Shown piece after piece: positions 36,438 through 45,187 of a DNA stretch of 64,000 nt. The stretch is taken from the IMG/VR virus record IMGVR_UViG_3300035675_000001, one strand, 5' to 3'. Each line of letters opens with the position of its first letter. Positions within the stretch are counted from its first letter, which is position 1. The DNA comes from a virus. Taxonomy: Duplodnaviria; Caudoviricetes. Both the position numbers and the translations under genes were made by a program. Under the pieces are notes generated by a model. The model was not told the DNA's origin. It worked only from the letters and a program-made list of their open reading frames with translations, and searched no databases.

Positions 36438-37124
36438 ATGGCTTTCATCACCCAAACTTACGTCGGAGACAACACCCTCCAGCTTGGCATGGAGGAGTTC
36501 GTGCGCCCGATGGCATTTGGTGCCCAGTGGCGTAAAATTCGCATCGGCTTGCTCTTTGGCGTTTACGGAAATCCTGGCGTGAACACCAGCGTTTATGCTG
36601 GAAGCAACGTCAATCTCTATGTCGGAGTTTGCCAGGGTGTGAACAGCGGATTCAGCAATCCCACTCCCACGGACGCCATTGTTCTCGCCCCTTTCACTTC
36701 TAATTCGGCCCTGAACTATGCCACTACGACTTACTGGTCCGCTGGCTTGAACCCTGGCCGTCTGATTTGGAAATATGGCAGCAGCACTACGACGGTCACA
36801 GGCGGTTCCAACAGCATCTATGGATTTATTCCTCCTAACCGAATAGCCTGGTTTTTCGACTTCGCCATGAATCCCCGCAACGCCTCCTCGGCGCTGCTGA
36901 CTCCCTCGACGTGGATCACCTACACCACACCGTCGAACGTGAGCCGATCCCAATTCCTGGCCTCCATGCAAAACGAAGCTGATCCTGCTCTGAACACGAG
37001 CAACCTGCTATCCGCCTCGCTGACTTACGCTGGAAACTTTTTGCTCGATTCGGTCTGCGTTTGGTGGACGCGCTCAATCCCAACCTTGCTGATAAGCGAA
37101 ATCAGCGTAACTCGTTTTTACTAA
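36438..37124 (+). CDS. Tail-associated paralog family, member 6
   Basis: LQLGMEEFVRPMAFGAQWRKIRIG ... LDSVCVWW...VTRFY. Confidence 0.65.
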   Translation: MAFITQTYVGDNTLQLGMEEFVRPMAFGAQWRKIRIGLLFGVYGNPGVNTSVYAGSNVNLYVGVCQGVNSGFSNPTPTDAIVLAPFTSNSALNYATTTYWSAGLNPGRLIWKYGSSTTTVTGGSNSIYGFIPPNRIAWFFDFAMNPRNASSALLTPSTWITYTTPSNVSRSQFLASMQNEADPALNTSNLLSASLTYAGNFLLDSVCVWWTRSIPTLLISEISVTRFY

Positions 37125-37125
37125 T

Positions 37126-37815
37126 ATGGCATACATCGTTCAAAATCTGCTCGTGCCTGACACCCGGCTCCAACTGGGCTGCGAAGAAATTCTCCGCACC
37201 ATGAATTTCGGCATCCAGTGGACTAAAGTTCGCCTGGGCATCCGGTTTTTTGTCCAAGGTGGATCAGCGTTCAACGGAGGCAGCCTTTACGGCGGCGTGT
37301 GCCAAGGCAACAAAGGCTACTCCGCCGTGGACTGCACAGACGTTCTGGCTGCCTGGTTTGGCGCTTCTTCCAACATGCCGAGCGTAGGCTGGATTTACGG
37401 CACAAACACCTTCACCGTCAATTCCGGCGTGAATTTTGTCAGGAAAGTTGGAGCCGTGTGGACCGCAAATCAAGCCACCGGCAGCTATCCCGTCACCTTG
37501 GCCGCGCAGCCCGCCACCAATGTCCTGAACTCAGTTTACTGGGATTTCACTAAACTCTCAGCTTCGACCGTGCAGTGCAGCCAGTGGGCACCTTACAGCA
37601 CATCCGCCAGCGTCAACATGACCCGATACAACCACCTGGCTTCGATGGAAAATGAGCTGTCTCCGGGGACGTTTTCTTCTGCCTACTATCAAAACACAAC
37701 ACCTGCCATGAGCGTTGCCGGAAGCTCCCAGCTATGGGACACTGTTTTTGTGGGCTGGGGAAGAACATGCCCCAACGTCGAGATTCACGACATCACCGTT
37801 CTTCGCTTCTATTAA
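37126..37815 (+). CDS. Tail-associated paralog family, member 7
   Basis: LQLGCEEILRTMNFGIQWTKVRLG ... WDTVFVGW...VLRFY. Confidence 0.65.
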   Translation: MAYIVQNLLVPDTRLQLGCEEILRTMNFGIQWTKVRLGIRFFVQGGSAFNGGSLYGGVCQGNKGYSAVDCTDVLAAWFGASSNMPSVGWIYGTNTFTVNSGVNFVRKVGAVWTANQATGSYPVTLAAQPATNVLNSVYWDFTKLSASTVQCSQWAPYSTSASVNMTRYNHLASMENELSPGTFSSAYYQNTTPAMSVAGSSQLWDTVFVGWGRTCPNVEIHDITVLRFY

Positions 37816-37816
37816 C

Positions 37817-38545
37817 ATGGCCTTTATTGTCCAACGCCTGACGCTCAGTAACCGGCTCCAACTGGCCAAGGAGGACATGATCCGCCCCCTGTCCTTCGGC
37901 ACAAATTGGAACTCGCTGCGGATCGCGGTGCTCATTCAGATCAACCACGCTACAAGCTGGCAGACTGCCACAGGCTATCCGTTCCTGGCACTGGGCGTGT
38001 GCTTGGGCAATAGCCCCATCTTCGCCGGTGACACCACGGTCGATGCTTTTGGATGGGGAGCGGGCAACACCGGACCTACCTGGACAAGCGGGCTAGTCAC
38101 TTGGAGCGCGACTTACAACAGCTTTGCCTCGCCCGCTGGCGGAGGAACTGCTTTCCAGAAAATCGGCTCGTCTATCGTTGCCAGCAATCCAGTAACCGGG
38201 AGCGGCTATACCCTGCAAATGGGAGGCATGAGTTCCCCTGGAGGCACCACTTACCTGAATCGAACTCCCATTTACCTGGACATCACGCGGGGCTACCCAG
38301 CTACCCCCGCGATGAACAACTACACCCTGCTCTGCAATGCCCCATACTCCAACCAAGGAGTTGACCTCGACCCCGGCACTTTTTACGACCGGTTGCAGAC
38401 CTCGACCTTGACCGGCACTCAGATTCAATACAATTCCACGCTGACCGTAACCGGCAACATGCTTTGGGATTCGGTGTTCTTCTCCTGGCCGCGCTTGACG
38501 CCCACTGTTGAAATCGTTGAGCTGGCAGTCGTGCGCTGGGGTTAA
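37817..38545 (+). CDS. Tail-associated paralog family, member 8
   Basis: LQLAKEDMIRPLSFGTNWNSLRIA ... WDSVFFSW...VVRWG. Confidence 0.65.
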   Translation: MAFIVQRLTLSNRLQLAKEDMIRPLSFGTNWNSLRIAVLIQINHATSWQTATGYPFLALGVCLGNSPIFAGDTTVDAFGWGAGNTGPTWTSGLVTWSATYNSFASPAGGGTAFQKIGSSIVASNPVTGSGYTLQMGGMSSPGGTTYLNRTPIYLDITRGYPATPAMNNYTLLCNAPYSNQGVDLDPGTFYDRLQTSTLTGTQIQYNSTLTVTGNMLWDSVFFSWPRLTPTVEIVELAVVRWG

Positions 38546-39007
38546 TCACCACAGCCCAACCGGGCAGTATTCCGTGGCCAGACCCGCCTTGGTGTAGCAG
38601 ACACACTTGCAGTATTGGCAGTAGTAGCCCTTGAACTGTCCACACTTGTTACTCTGGCAGACCTGGTAGCGTTGCGCGTGGTCCGCCTTGGACATGACCG
38701 GCATCCCCGCCGCGATCCACCGAGCCATTGACTCCTCAAAATTCTTGACGACCTGCGGCCAGGTGAGCACCGGCAGCGCATTGGGGTCCACTGGCGCACC
38801 GCAGCCCGCGCACCCGCCCGTCCCTTTTGGTTTGACGACCCTGCCGTTGTCCGGCGCGTAATCTGCCGACAGGATCGGCTCGAACTTACGCATGGGGCAC
38901 CCAGCGGAACTCTGGAGCGCGTGCCCGCGCAGACAGACGCCATCCCACTCGGAACAGACCTTGCAATGCTGCTCCAAACGAAAGTAGAAGATTTCTCTCG
39001 GAATCAT
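38546..39007 (-). CDS. Cys-rich protein (DUF6171-like C-terminus)
   Basis: CKVC, CAGC, CQSNKC...CQYCKC..K.....CP.G.W. Confidence 0.6.
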   Translation of the reverse strand: MIPREIFYFRLEQHCKVCSEWDGVCLRGHALQSSAGCPMRKFEPILSADYAPDNGRVVKPKGTGGCAGCGAPVDPNALPVLTWPQVVKNFEESMARWIAAGMPVMSKADHAQRYQVCQSNKCGQFKGYYCQYCKCVCYTKAGLATEYCPVGLW

Positions 39008-39090
39008 AAATGTTTACAAACAAATTCTTAACTTTTTCTTGGCCTTGAATCCTTTTTGTCCACCTTGGTCAAGTAGGTAGCGCAGAGATT

Positions 39091-40065
39091 ATGGCCTGGA
39101 TTATCGAAAGCCCGGCAATGCGCCGTGTGCATGAACTGACGAAGCAAATCGGACCTTCCACGGCTCCTGTGCTGATCTCTGGTGAGACAGGCACAGGCAA
39201 GGAAGTGATCGCCGAGATGATCCAGTTTTATAGTGAACGGAAGAACAGTCCCTTCATTCGCGTCAACTGCGCGGCCATCCCCAAAGACCTCCTGGAGTCC
39301 GAACTGTTCGGCTCGGTGCGCGGTGCCTACACCGGGTCCATTGTGGACCGGCGCGGGCTGTTCCAGGCAGCGGACACGGGCACGATCTACCTCGACGAGC
39401 TTTCCGAGATGACGTTCGACTTGCAGGCCAAGCTGCTTCGCGTCGTCGAGAACCAGATGATCCGGCGCGTGGGCGACACGGTGTGGAACAAGGTGGACGT
39501 GCGGATCATTTCGTCGATCAACCGGCCTCCCGATCTGTGCGTCGAACTCAAAGTCCTGCGCGACGATCTCTACTACCGCATCGGCACGTTTCACATCCGG
39601 GTTCCCGCGATGCGGCAGCGCGTGCCCGACATCCTGCCGCTCTGCCGCGCCTACCTGGAGAAGTATAGCGCCGAACAAAAGCGCGTGCCGCCTGTCCTCA
39701 GCCCGGAAGTCGTGGCCATCCTCCAGGGCTACCACTGGCCCGGCAACGTCCGCCAGATCGTCAACGAAATGCACCGGCTTGCCGTCATCAGCAAGGCCAC
39801 TGCGCTCCCGGAGGACATCGACTTTCATCTGCAAAAAGAACCTGATTTCAACACGCCGCTGAGCCGCATGGAGCTGATGGAGAAGACCACCATCGAGAAC
39901 GTCCTGATCGAAACCAACGGCAACAAGCTCGAAGCCGCCAAGCGACTGGGCATCGGAAGACAAACGCTCTATAACAAGCTTCACCGCTACAACATCGAAA
40001 CGATCAAAGAAAAACCGCCAGGCGACGAATCACCTGGCGGCAACCAACCCTTCCCTTTGCCGTAA
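39091..40065 (+). CDS. Sigma-54 enhancer-binding protein (AAA+ plus Fis-type HTH, no regulatory domain)
   Basis: GETGTGKE, VNCAAIP..LLESELFG, GAYTGS, IYLDE, DLYYRI, WPGNVRQ, GNKLEAAKRLGIGRQTLYNKL. Confidence 0.92.
   Translation: MAWIIESPAMRRVHELTKQIGPSTAPVLISGETGTGKEVIAEMIQFYSERKNSPFIRVNCAAIPKDLLESELFGSVRGAYTGSIVDRRGLFQAADTGTIYLDELSEMTFDLQAKLLRVVENQMIRRVGDTVWNKVDVRIISSINRPPDLCVELKVLRDDLYYRIGTFHIRVPAMRQRVPDILPLCRAYLEKYSAEQKRVPPVLSPEVVAILQGYHWPGNVRQIVNEMHRLAVISKATALPEDIDFHLQKEPDFNTPLSRMELMEKTTIENVLIETNGNKLEAAKRLGIGRQTLYNKLHRYNIETIKEKPPGDESPGGNQPFPLP
40006..40040 (-). terminator. Probable intrinsic terminator for the minus-strand lipoprotein/holin-like operon, embedded in the bEBP 3' end
   Basis: CCGCCAGG-N10-CCTGGCGG followed on the minus strand by TTTTTCTTT. 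Confidence 0.65.
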
Positions 40066-40485
40066 TTACGTGGTCGGAGCTGCCGGTTTGGCAGCCGGTG
40101 GTTCCTCACCGCCGCCGAATCCCGTCAACACCAATACCTGCTTGGACGCTTCGCGCAGGCCGACGCCTGCCGCACCGCAGAGCGCACCAAGTTCCCACGA
40201 ACTGTGGGGAATGACGCCCGACTTCGCCAAGAGCCAGTCCGCACCTACACCGATAACCGCAGCCAGAAACGGCCAGGTTACCTTGGGCAAGGACGGAAGC
40301 ACCTTTTTGATGCCAAGCACCACCAGCGGCACCACCAGGACAATCAGCCCGTTCCAGATGTTGACCAGGACGGGGTTGACCGGGGTTGACGCCGCAGGCA
40401 CGGCATTGGTGACTTGGGCGAGGGCCACAAGCGTAAATGCCAGCAGGACGGCGCAGGCCACTGTGATTTGCTTTAGTGTCTTCAT
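40066..40485 (-). CDS. Multi-TM membrane protein, holin-like
   Basis: N-terminal signal/TM plus 3 short TMs (IWNGLIVLVVPLVVLGIKK..., WPFLAAVIGVGA, GALCGAAGVGLRE) and a polar tail. Confidence 0.55.
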   Translation of the reverse strand: MKTLKQITVACAVLLAFTLVALAQVTNAVPAASTPVNPVLVNIWNGLIVLVVPLVVLGIKKVLPSLPKVTWPFLAAVIGVGADWLLAKSGVIPHSSWELGALCGAAGVGLREASKQVLVLTGFGGGEEPPAAKPAAPTT

Positions 40486-40486
40486 A

Positions 40487-40530
40487 GTAGTTTACTCGTT
40501 GCCCCACACCGTGGGGCCGAGAGTAACTAC
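40487..40530 (-). promoter_or_regulatory. Long hairpin overlapping a GTAGTTA element and the translation start region
   Basis: mRNA GUAGUUACUC-UCG-GCCCCAC-GGU-GUGGGGC-AAC-GAGUAAACUAC-U-AUG. Confidence 0.7.
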
Positions 40531-40532
40531 GA

Positions 40533-41024
40533 TTACTGTGCCCCCTGTTTGATCTGGTCGATGCCCTTGAGGCCATCGCTCACACCGTCAACCAGGGCTT
40601 GAGCCAGCATCTTCCACCCGACCTGTTCCTCCAGCCCGGCCTGAACGTATTGCTGGCCAAAGGCAGCGTAGGCTGAAAGCAGAGGCGTGATAATCAACTG
40701 AGCCTCCGGGGTCTTCAACTCCTTCACAGGCAAGGCGTAAATCTTGGCCTGGAGTGCGGACGGCGACATGTTTGTGGACAGGACGAACTCCTGGAGAGCC
40801 GTCTGAACGACGCTGATCCAGGTCACGGAGTTCTTGTCCTTCGTGTAACCATAAACCACTGCGCCAGCGACAGATGTTCGCAGGATCGGGGCGAGCTTTT
40901 CAGCCGCAGCCGGATCGAGCACTTTCTTGCCGGAGGACGTGGTTGTGCAACCTGTAAACACCACCGGTGAGCCAATCGCCAGGATTGCGGTGAGTGCCAA
41001 TGCGAACAGTCTGTTCTTCTTCAT
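40533..41024 (-). CDS. Lipoprotein (possible lysis/spanin-like or surface protein)
   Basis: Signal peptide with lipobox FTGC, followed by an all-helical body. Confidence 0.65.
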   Translation of the reverse strand: MKKNRLFALALTAILAIGSPVVFTGCTTTSSGKKVLDPAAAEKLAPILRTSVAGAVVYGYTKDKNSVTWISVVQTALQEFVLSTNMSPSALQAKIYALPVKELKTPEAQLIITPLLSAYAAFGQQYVQAGLEEQVGWKMLAQALVDGVSDGLKGIDQIKQGAQ

Positions 41025-41071
41025 AGTTTTGATGTTTGTTTTCGCGGATCATCCGCCCTGTAATTACTCTG

Positions 41072-41539
41072 ATGGCGAGCACGCTGATACCGAAGCTCAA
41101 GGCCGAGATCGAGGCGCTTGAGGCGCAATACCAAGCTGCCGAGGACCGGATCGAGCGGTCAGGCGGCGTGGACTATCGCGGGGAGCTGGTCACGCTCCGA
41201 AGAAAATTGGACGACAAGCGGCATAAGCTGGAGATGTGGTCGAAACTCTGGCAGGCCGCTGAGTCCAACAGCCGCACCAACGCTGCCAAGCTCATGGTGG
41301 AAGTCCTTCTCGCTGATGACGATGTTGACACCATCGAGGACATCGCCGCCGACTTCGTGGAAGACATCGGGGTGGGTCGGCATGACTGGATGACCAACTG
41401 GGCGCTTTTGCAGGACAAGGGAGAGGCTTTGCCCAGGGTCCAGGCTTACCTGGACGAGTATGGCATCGCCGCCGACGCGCAAAAAGTTGTAAACTTTATC
41501 GACCACATGCTGGTCAAGCGGCCTGGCCGCTGGAAATAA
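41072..41539 (+). CDS. Coiled-coil protein with a variant acidic tag
   Basis: AAKLMVEVLLADDDVDTIEDIA. Confidence 0.5.
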   Translation: MASTLIPKLKAEIEALEAQYQAAEDRIERSGGVDYRGELVTLRRKLDDKRHKLEMWSKLWQAAESNSRTNAAKLMVEVLLADDDVDTIEDIAADFVEDIGVGRHDWMTNWALLQDKGEALPRVQAYLDEYGIAADAQKVVNFIDHMLVKRPGRWK

Positions 41540-41551
41540 TTTGTAAACATT

Positions 41552-42274
41552 ATGCCTGTAAATCCCTGTGCCATTACCGACATACTGGCCAACGATTACA
41601 ACGAGGCCCTAAAGACGATCAATCGAAAGTTCGCCGCCCTCCAGCGTCTCTCCCAACTCCTGGAACAGATCGGCGACATCAGCGGTTTCATCCCCAACAT
41701 CGGGGCGCTCATCCCGATCTACCTGATCGACCTCAGCTCCTACGCAACCCTGGTCGCCGCGTGCCCCTTCCTGAACTTGCCGAAGTCGCCGAGCACCGAA
41801 GACATCGGCAAGCTCCAAAGCCAGGTCGCTGCCGCCTACGGCAACCTGGTCAGCAAGCTCTACCAGCATCCCTGGCTTCGGATGGGCAGACTCCAGGACC
41901 AGATGAACAAGGTCCAGGGTAAGGTCAACGAAGTGCTCAACCAGGGCACGCAGTTCATGCAGTGTCTCCAAGCCGCGTGCGCCGGTGTGGACGCCGCAAC
42001 CAATTTCGTAAACGAAATCTCGCAGACCGACTTCCAGGAGAACTTCGACACCTACACGCGGCAGTTCCTTGGCAGCAACGGCCAGATCATGAATGACGCC
42101 ATGCAACAGAAGTTTGACCAGGTGCAGGGCGGCATCAACCAGATCAACGAGCTGATGTCACCGCAGCCCCTCGCGGGCGCGGTCGGCAGCCCCGGTGCCA
42201 CGGGTCCGACGATCCCGGACATTGGTCGCGCTCCGCAGATACCCCAACTTCCTCCAAATCCGCCCTCAACCTAA
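41552..42274 (+). CDS. Hypothetical helical protein, probably virion-associated
   Basis: 240-aa Q/N-rich ORF with a Pro-rich tail. Confidence 0.5.
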   Translation: MPVNPCAITDILANDYNEALKTINRKFAALQRLSQLLEQIGDISGFIPNIGALIPIYLIDLSSYATLVAACPFLNLPKSPSTEDIGKLQSQVAAAYGNLVSKLYQHPWLRMGRLQDQMNKVQGKVNEVLNQGTQFMQCLQAACAGVDAATNFVNEISQTDFQENFDTYTRQFLGSNGQIMNDAMQQKFDQVQGGINQINELMSPQPLAGAVGSPGATGPTIPDIGRAPQIPQLPPNPPST

Positions 42275-42295
42275 AACAGAAAGGTGGTGAGAAAC

Positions 42296-42541
42296 ATGAC
42301 AGAAACCAAACTGACAGTCGGTGGTAAGGTGGTGTTCGTTGACCCTGTGGCTGTGGCGCACGACGCGCTCATCACGGCCATTTGGGGCGACCCCAACGCC
42401 ACGCCCGCTATCAACATCGTTTACGTGAGTGACGATGAGAAGCGCACCGATCAGTATGGACGGCAGACCGTCCACTACACCAGCGTTGTCCACGAGTCGA
42501 TGCAGTCGGCTCACGGCAACTTCTGGCGTCACGCGGTCTAA
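42296..42541 (+). CDS. Small hypothetical protein
   Basis: LTVGGKVVFVDP...ALITAIW.......IN.VYV...TSV.H pattern. Confidence 0.55.
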   Translation: MTETKLTVGGKVVFVDPVAVAHDALITAIWGDPNATPAINIVYVSDDEKRTDQYGRQTVHYTSVVHESMQSAHGNFWRHAV

Positions 42542-42594
42542 GCCGCGCCCGCAAGCGGAACCCAAAAGGAACCTCCAGAGGCGCGGACCCAACT

Positions 42595-44028
42595 ATGGAT
42601 GACGATTTCAAAGAGCTGTATGTGCCGGACGCCGAAGCGATCCCTGAGAAGGATATTCGCTGGTGGTCCCGCTACATGTCGCGGCGGAAGTTCCAGACGG
42701 AAGCCGAAGCCAGGGAGGAGATTTTTCGCATCCTCCAGCACAACGACACGCAGAGCTGGGCGCACATCTTCGGCCCGCAGGGCGAGCCTAAGAACCGCTG
42801 GGAAGCCGACAACATGCCCCTTTACCAAAACAAATGGGGGCACTGGAAGGTTGGCCGTCCCCTCAGCCACTACCGCCGCCTGGAGCTGCCGGGCGACGCA
42901 GAGGAGCGCGAGCGCCAGAAACAGGTCCAGCAGATTCTCCGGCAGCACCAGCTTCGGGAATACCTCTCGAACAACACCAGCGATTTCTCTGACGGCACCA
43001 ACGGCGAGCCGTCCGCCCAAGCCTCGTTCGCGGGCGATGGCGGCACCAATGTCGGCCTGCCGGACTACAAGTATGCGGAGCGCAAGGAGCGCAGGCACGC
43101 CAAGCTGCGTGCGCTCATCAAACGCCGCGATCCCACGCACCGGTCCAACGTGGACTGGGATGTCCGGGCGCGGGCCGGTATGCGCGAGAGCGAGGAAGAA
43201 GACATGATGAAGGAAGTCTCGGAGCCGCCGCCCACGCTCCAGGCTGTCCCTACCCATCGCACCGAGGAATACCTCGTCACCCGCTACGACGGCCAACACC
43301 TGGGCGCAATTTTCCTGGAGCCGGAGGAGCACATGCCGAAGGTTCCGGTCCTGCTCAAGCTCCATCAGATGTATCCCTGGGTCGCCTGGTGGGGGATGGA
43401 GACCGCCCGCTTCAAGACCAAGGAGCAGGCCGTGGCCCACCTGGTAGCGATTGCCAAGGGCGAGTTCCCCGACAAGCACCACCCTGACCGCCAAGGCCGG
43501 GCCTACATGCAGTCGATGAGGAACCGGGCGCTGGGTGAGATGCCCAGGGAAGTCGAGGAAGCCCACGAGGAGCTGGCCGACGCCGGAGCTTACCCGGACA
43601 ATCCCTTCTCGACCTGGATGACGCTCGACCACACCAACCCGGACGGTGAAGCCGTCTATGAGGCCACACACGAAGTGCGCGTCAACGGCGCTCCCTACTA
43701 TGCCAGCGCCAAGATCACTATTGGCCTGCCGGGCGGACACTGCTGGCTTTACACGCACTGGGCCTTTGAAGATTTCGACCGCTGGACCGACATCCCTCGC
43801 GGCGGCATGAACCAGCAGCCCTACTGCCCGACGATGGAGGACTTGCAGGCGCTCTCCGATGACCTCCAAGCGTTCCTCAAGTCCGTCGAGACCAGGGACG
43901 AGGAGCAGGTTCGTGCGGCCAACGACCTGATCGGATCGAAGATTTACAGCGGCAGGCGCACCGGCTACAGCAAAGGCGTAGTCGAATCCCATGCCGCCGA
44001 GATTGTGAAGAACCTGTTGGAAGCGTAA
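42595..44028 (+). CDS. Multi-module tagged protein
   Basis: Starts MDDDFKELY; internal MRESEEEDMMKEV; ends AAEIVKNLLEA. Confidence 0.6.
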   Translation: MDDDFKELYVPDAEAIPEKDIRWWSRYMSRRKFQTEAEAREEIFRILQHNDTQSWAHIFGPQGEPKNRWEADNMPLYQNKWGHWKVGRPLSHYRRLELPGDAEERERQKQVQQILRQHQLREYLSNNTSDFSDGTNGEPSAQASFAGDGGTNVGLPDYKYAERKERRHAKLRALIKRRDPTHRSNVDWDVRARAGMRESEEEDMMKEVSEPPPTLQAVPTHRTEEYLVTRYDGQHLGAIFLEPEEHMPKVPVLLKLHQMYPWVAWWGMETARFKTKEQAVAHLVAIAKGEFPDKHHPDRQGRAYMQSMRNRALGEMPREVEEAHEELADAGAYPDNPFSTWMTLDHTNPDGEAVYEATHEVRVNGAPYYASAKITIGLPGGHCWLYTHWAFEDFDRWTDIPRGGMNQQPYCPTMEDLQALSDDLQAFLKSVETRDEEQVRAANDLIGSKIYSGRRTGYSKGVVESHAAEIVKNLLEA

Positions 44029-44043
44029 TCTGTTCTATTGAGT

Positions 44044-44235
44044 ATGGCACATCCAGACGATGGCAAGTTCGTGGTGGTTCAGAACGGGCAGAGAGTGTCC
44101 GGTCAGCTCCACGAGAAGCAAGACACCGCGCAGGCGGAAGCCGCGAAGGTCGAGAAGAAGCGCCCAGTCAACGAGACTGGACAACCCGTGGCCGAATCCG
44201 GCCCGATCAAAGTTGTCCAGAATCTCTATGGCTGA
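44044..44235 (+). CDS. Small hypothetical protein, possibly head core
   Basis: 63-aa ORF with VNE and VAE sites; GTTCTAT 5 nt upstream. Confidence 0.55.
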   Translation: MAHPDDGKFVVVQNGQRVSGQLHEKQDTAQAEAAKVEKKRPVNETGQPVAESGPIKVVQNLYG

Positions 44236-45187
44236 GCTGAAACAACTGCGGCCTATCGACGCGCCGGTCACGACAGCGCCTTGGCGAAAGCCAAAGGCGG
44301 ATGTCAAAGATTTACCCGCGCCCCCATCCGCCCCCAAGCCTCCGGCGCAGCCCCCGTCTCCCCCTGCGCCGGAGGCCCAGGCGGAACCCAAGAAAAAGAA
44401 GGGCAAGGCCAAAGCTCAGGCCGAGGCTCCCCCGCCGCCCCCGCCGCCCAAACAGCCGGTGGAGGCACCCCAAATCGACGCGCCCAAGGCCGCGCCCGTT
44501 GAAGTCGAAGTTGTAAACAACGGCAGCCACATCCCGATCCCGATGCCCTACCAGCCGGTCCCGCTGCTGGAAGCCCTGGCGTCGCAGAACCCCATAGTCG
44601 CGGGCGTCATGATCCGGCAGCTCCGCGATCTCCAGGGACCACCCCCAAACACCAGCGACGGAGTGCTGGTGACGATGGGCAAGCTGGCCGATGGCTTCAA
44701 AAACGGTAGGGACGTGTCCGACCAGATGGAAGCCGTGGCGCTCCACCTGACCGGGCGAGGCGACCGGCGTGAACTCCAAGCAGAGCTGGCCGACGTGCTG
44801 GACGACGAGCGTGTGATCGAGATATTCAGGAGCCGGTCCAAGTTTGAGGACTTCCTCCACGGCTGCCTCCGGCGCTCCGACATCAGCGTCACCGAGGGCA
44901 TCGCGGTCCAGGCTTACTTCAATGCCGAACTGGACAAGATTTTCAGCCGCCGATCCAAGCGGGGTTCGGGAGATTTGGTCAGCGGGCGCGAGCCGCATGA
45001 ACTCGTCACCAAGTCCAATCTGCCTGCCCAGCTCCACCGGAAGGAGCTTCAACACAAGTTCAATGACGCTTCACCCCAGGAACGTGAAATTCTGCGGAAG
45101 CTTGGGTTCAAAGTGCAGACAATGGTCGCCGCCAGGCTGACGCGGACCACGACTGAAACTGTCGAACTTGTTGAACCAGAAACGTGA
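44228..45187 (+). CDS. Hypothetical protein with Pro/Lys-rich N-terminus
   Basis: ATG at 44228 overlaps the previous stop; helical C-terminal domain. Confidence 0.55.
   Translation: MAELKQLRPIDAPVTTAPWRKPKADVKDLPAPPSAPKPPAQPPSPPAPEAQAEPKKKKGKAKAQAEAPPPPPPPKQPVEAPQIDAPKAAPVEVEVVNNGSHIPIPMPYQPVPLLEALASQNPIVAGVMIRQLRDLQGPPPNTSDGVLVTMGKLADGFKNGRDVSDQMEAVALHLTGRGDRRELQAELADVLDDERVIEIFRSRSKFEDFLHGCLRRSDISVTEGIAVQAYFNAELDKIFSRRSKRGSGDLVSGREPHELVTKSNLPAQLHRKELQHKFNDASPQEREILRKLGFKVQTMVAARLTRTTTETVELVEPET

Noticed and set aside
42541-42594. GC-rich intergenic stem (CCGCGCC...GGCGCGG) as an ncRNA or tRNA
   Set aside because: Only 54 nt, the inner hairpins are weak and conflict with each other, and there are no tRNA D/T-loop motifs or U tract
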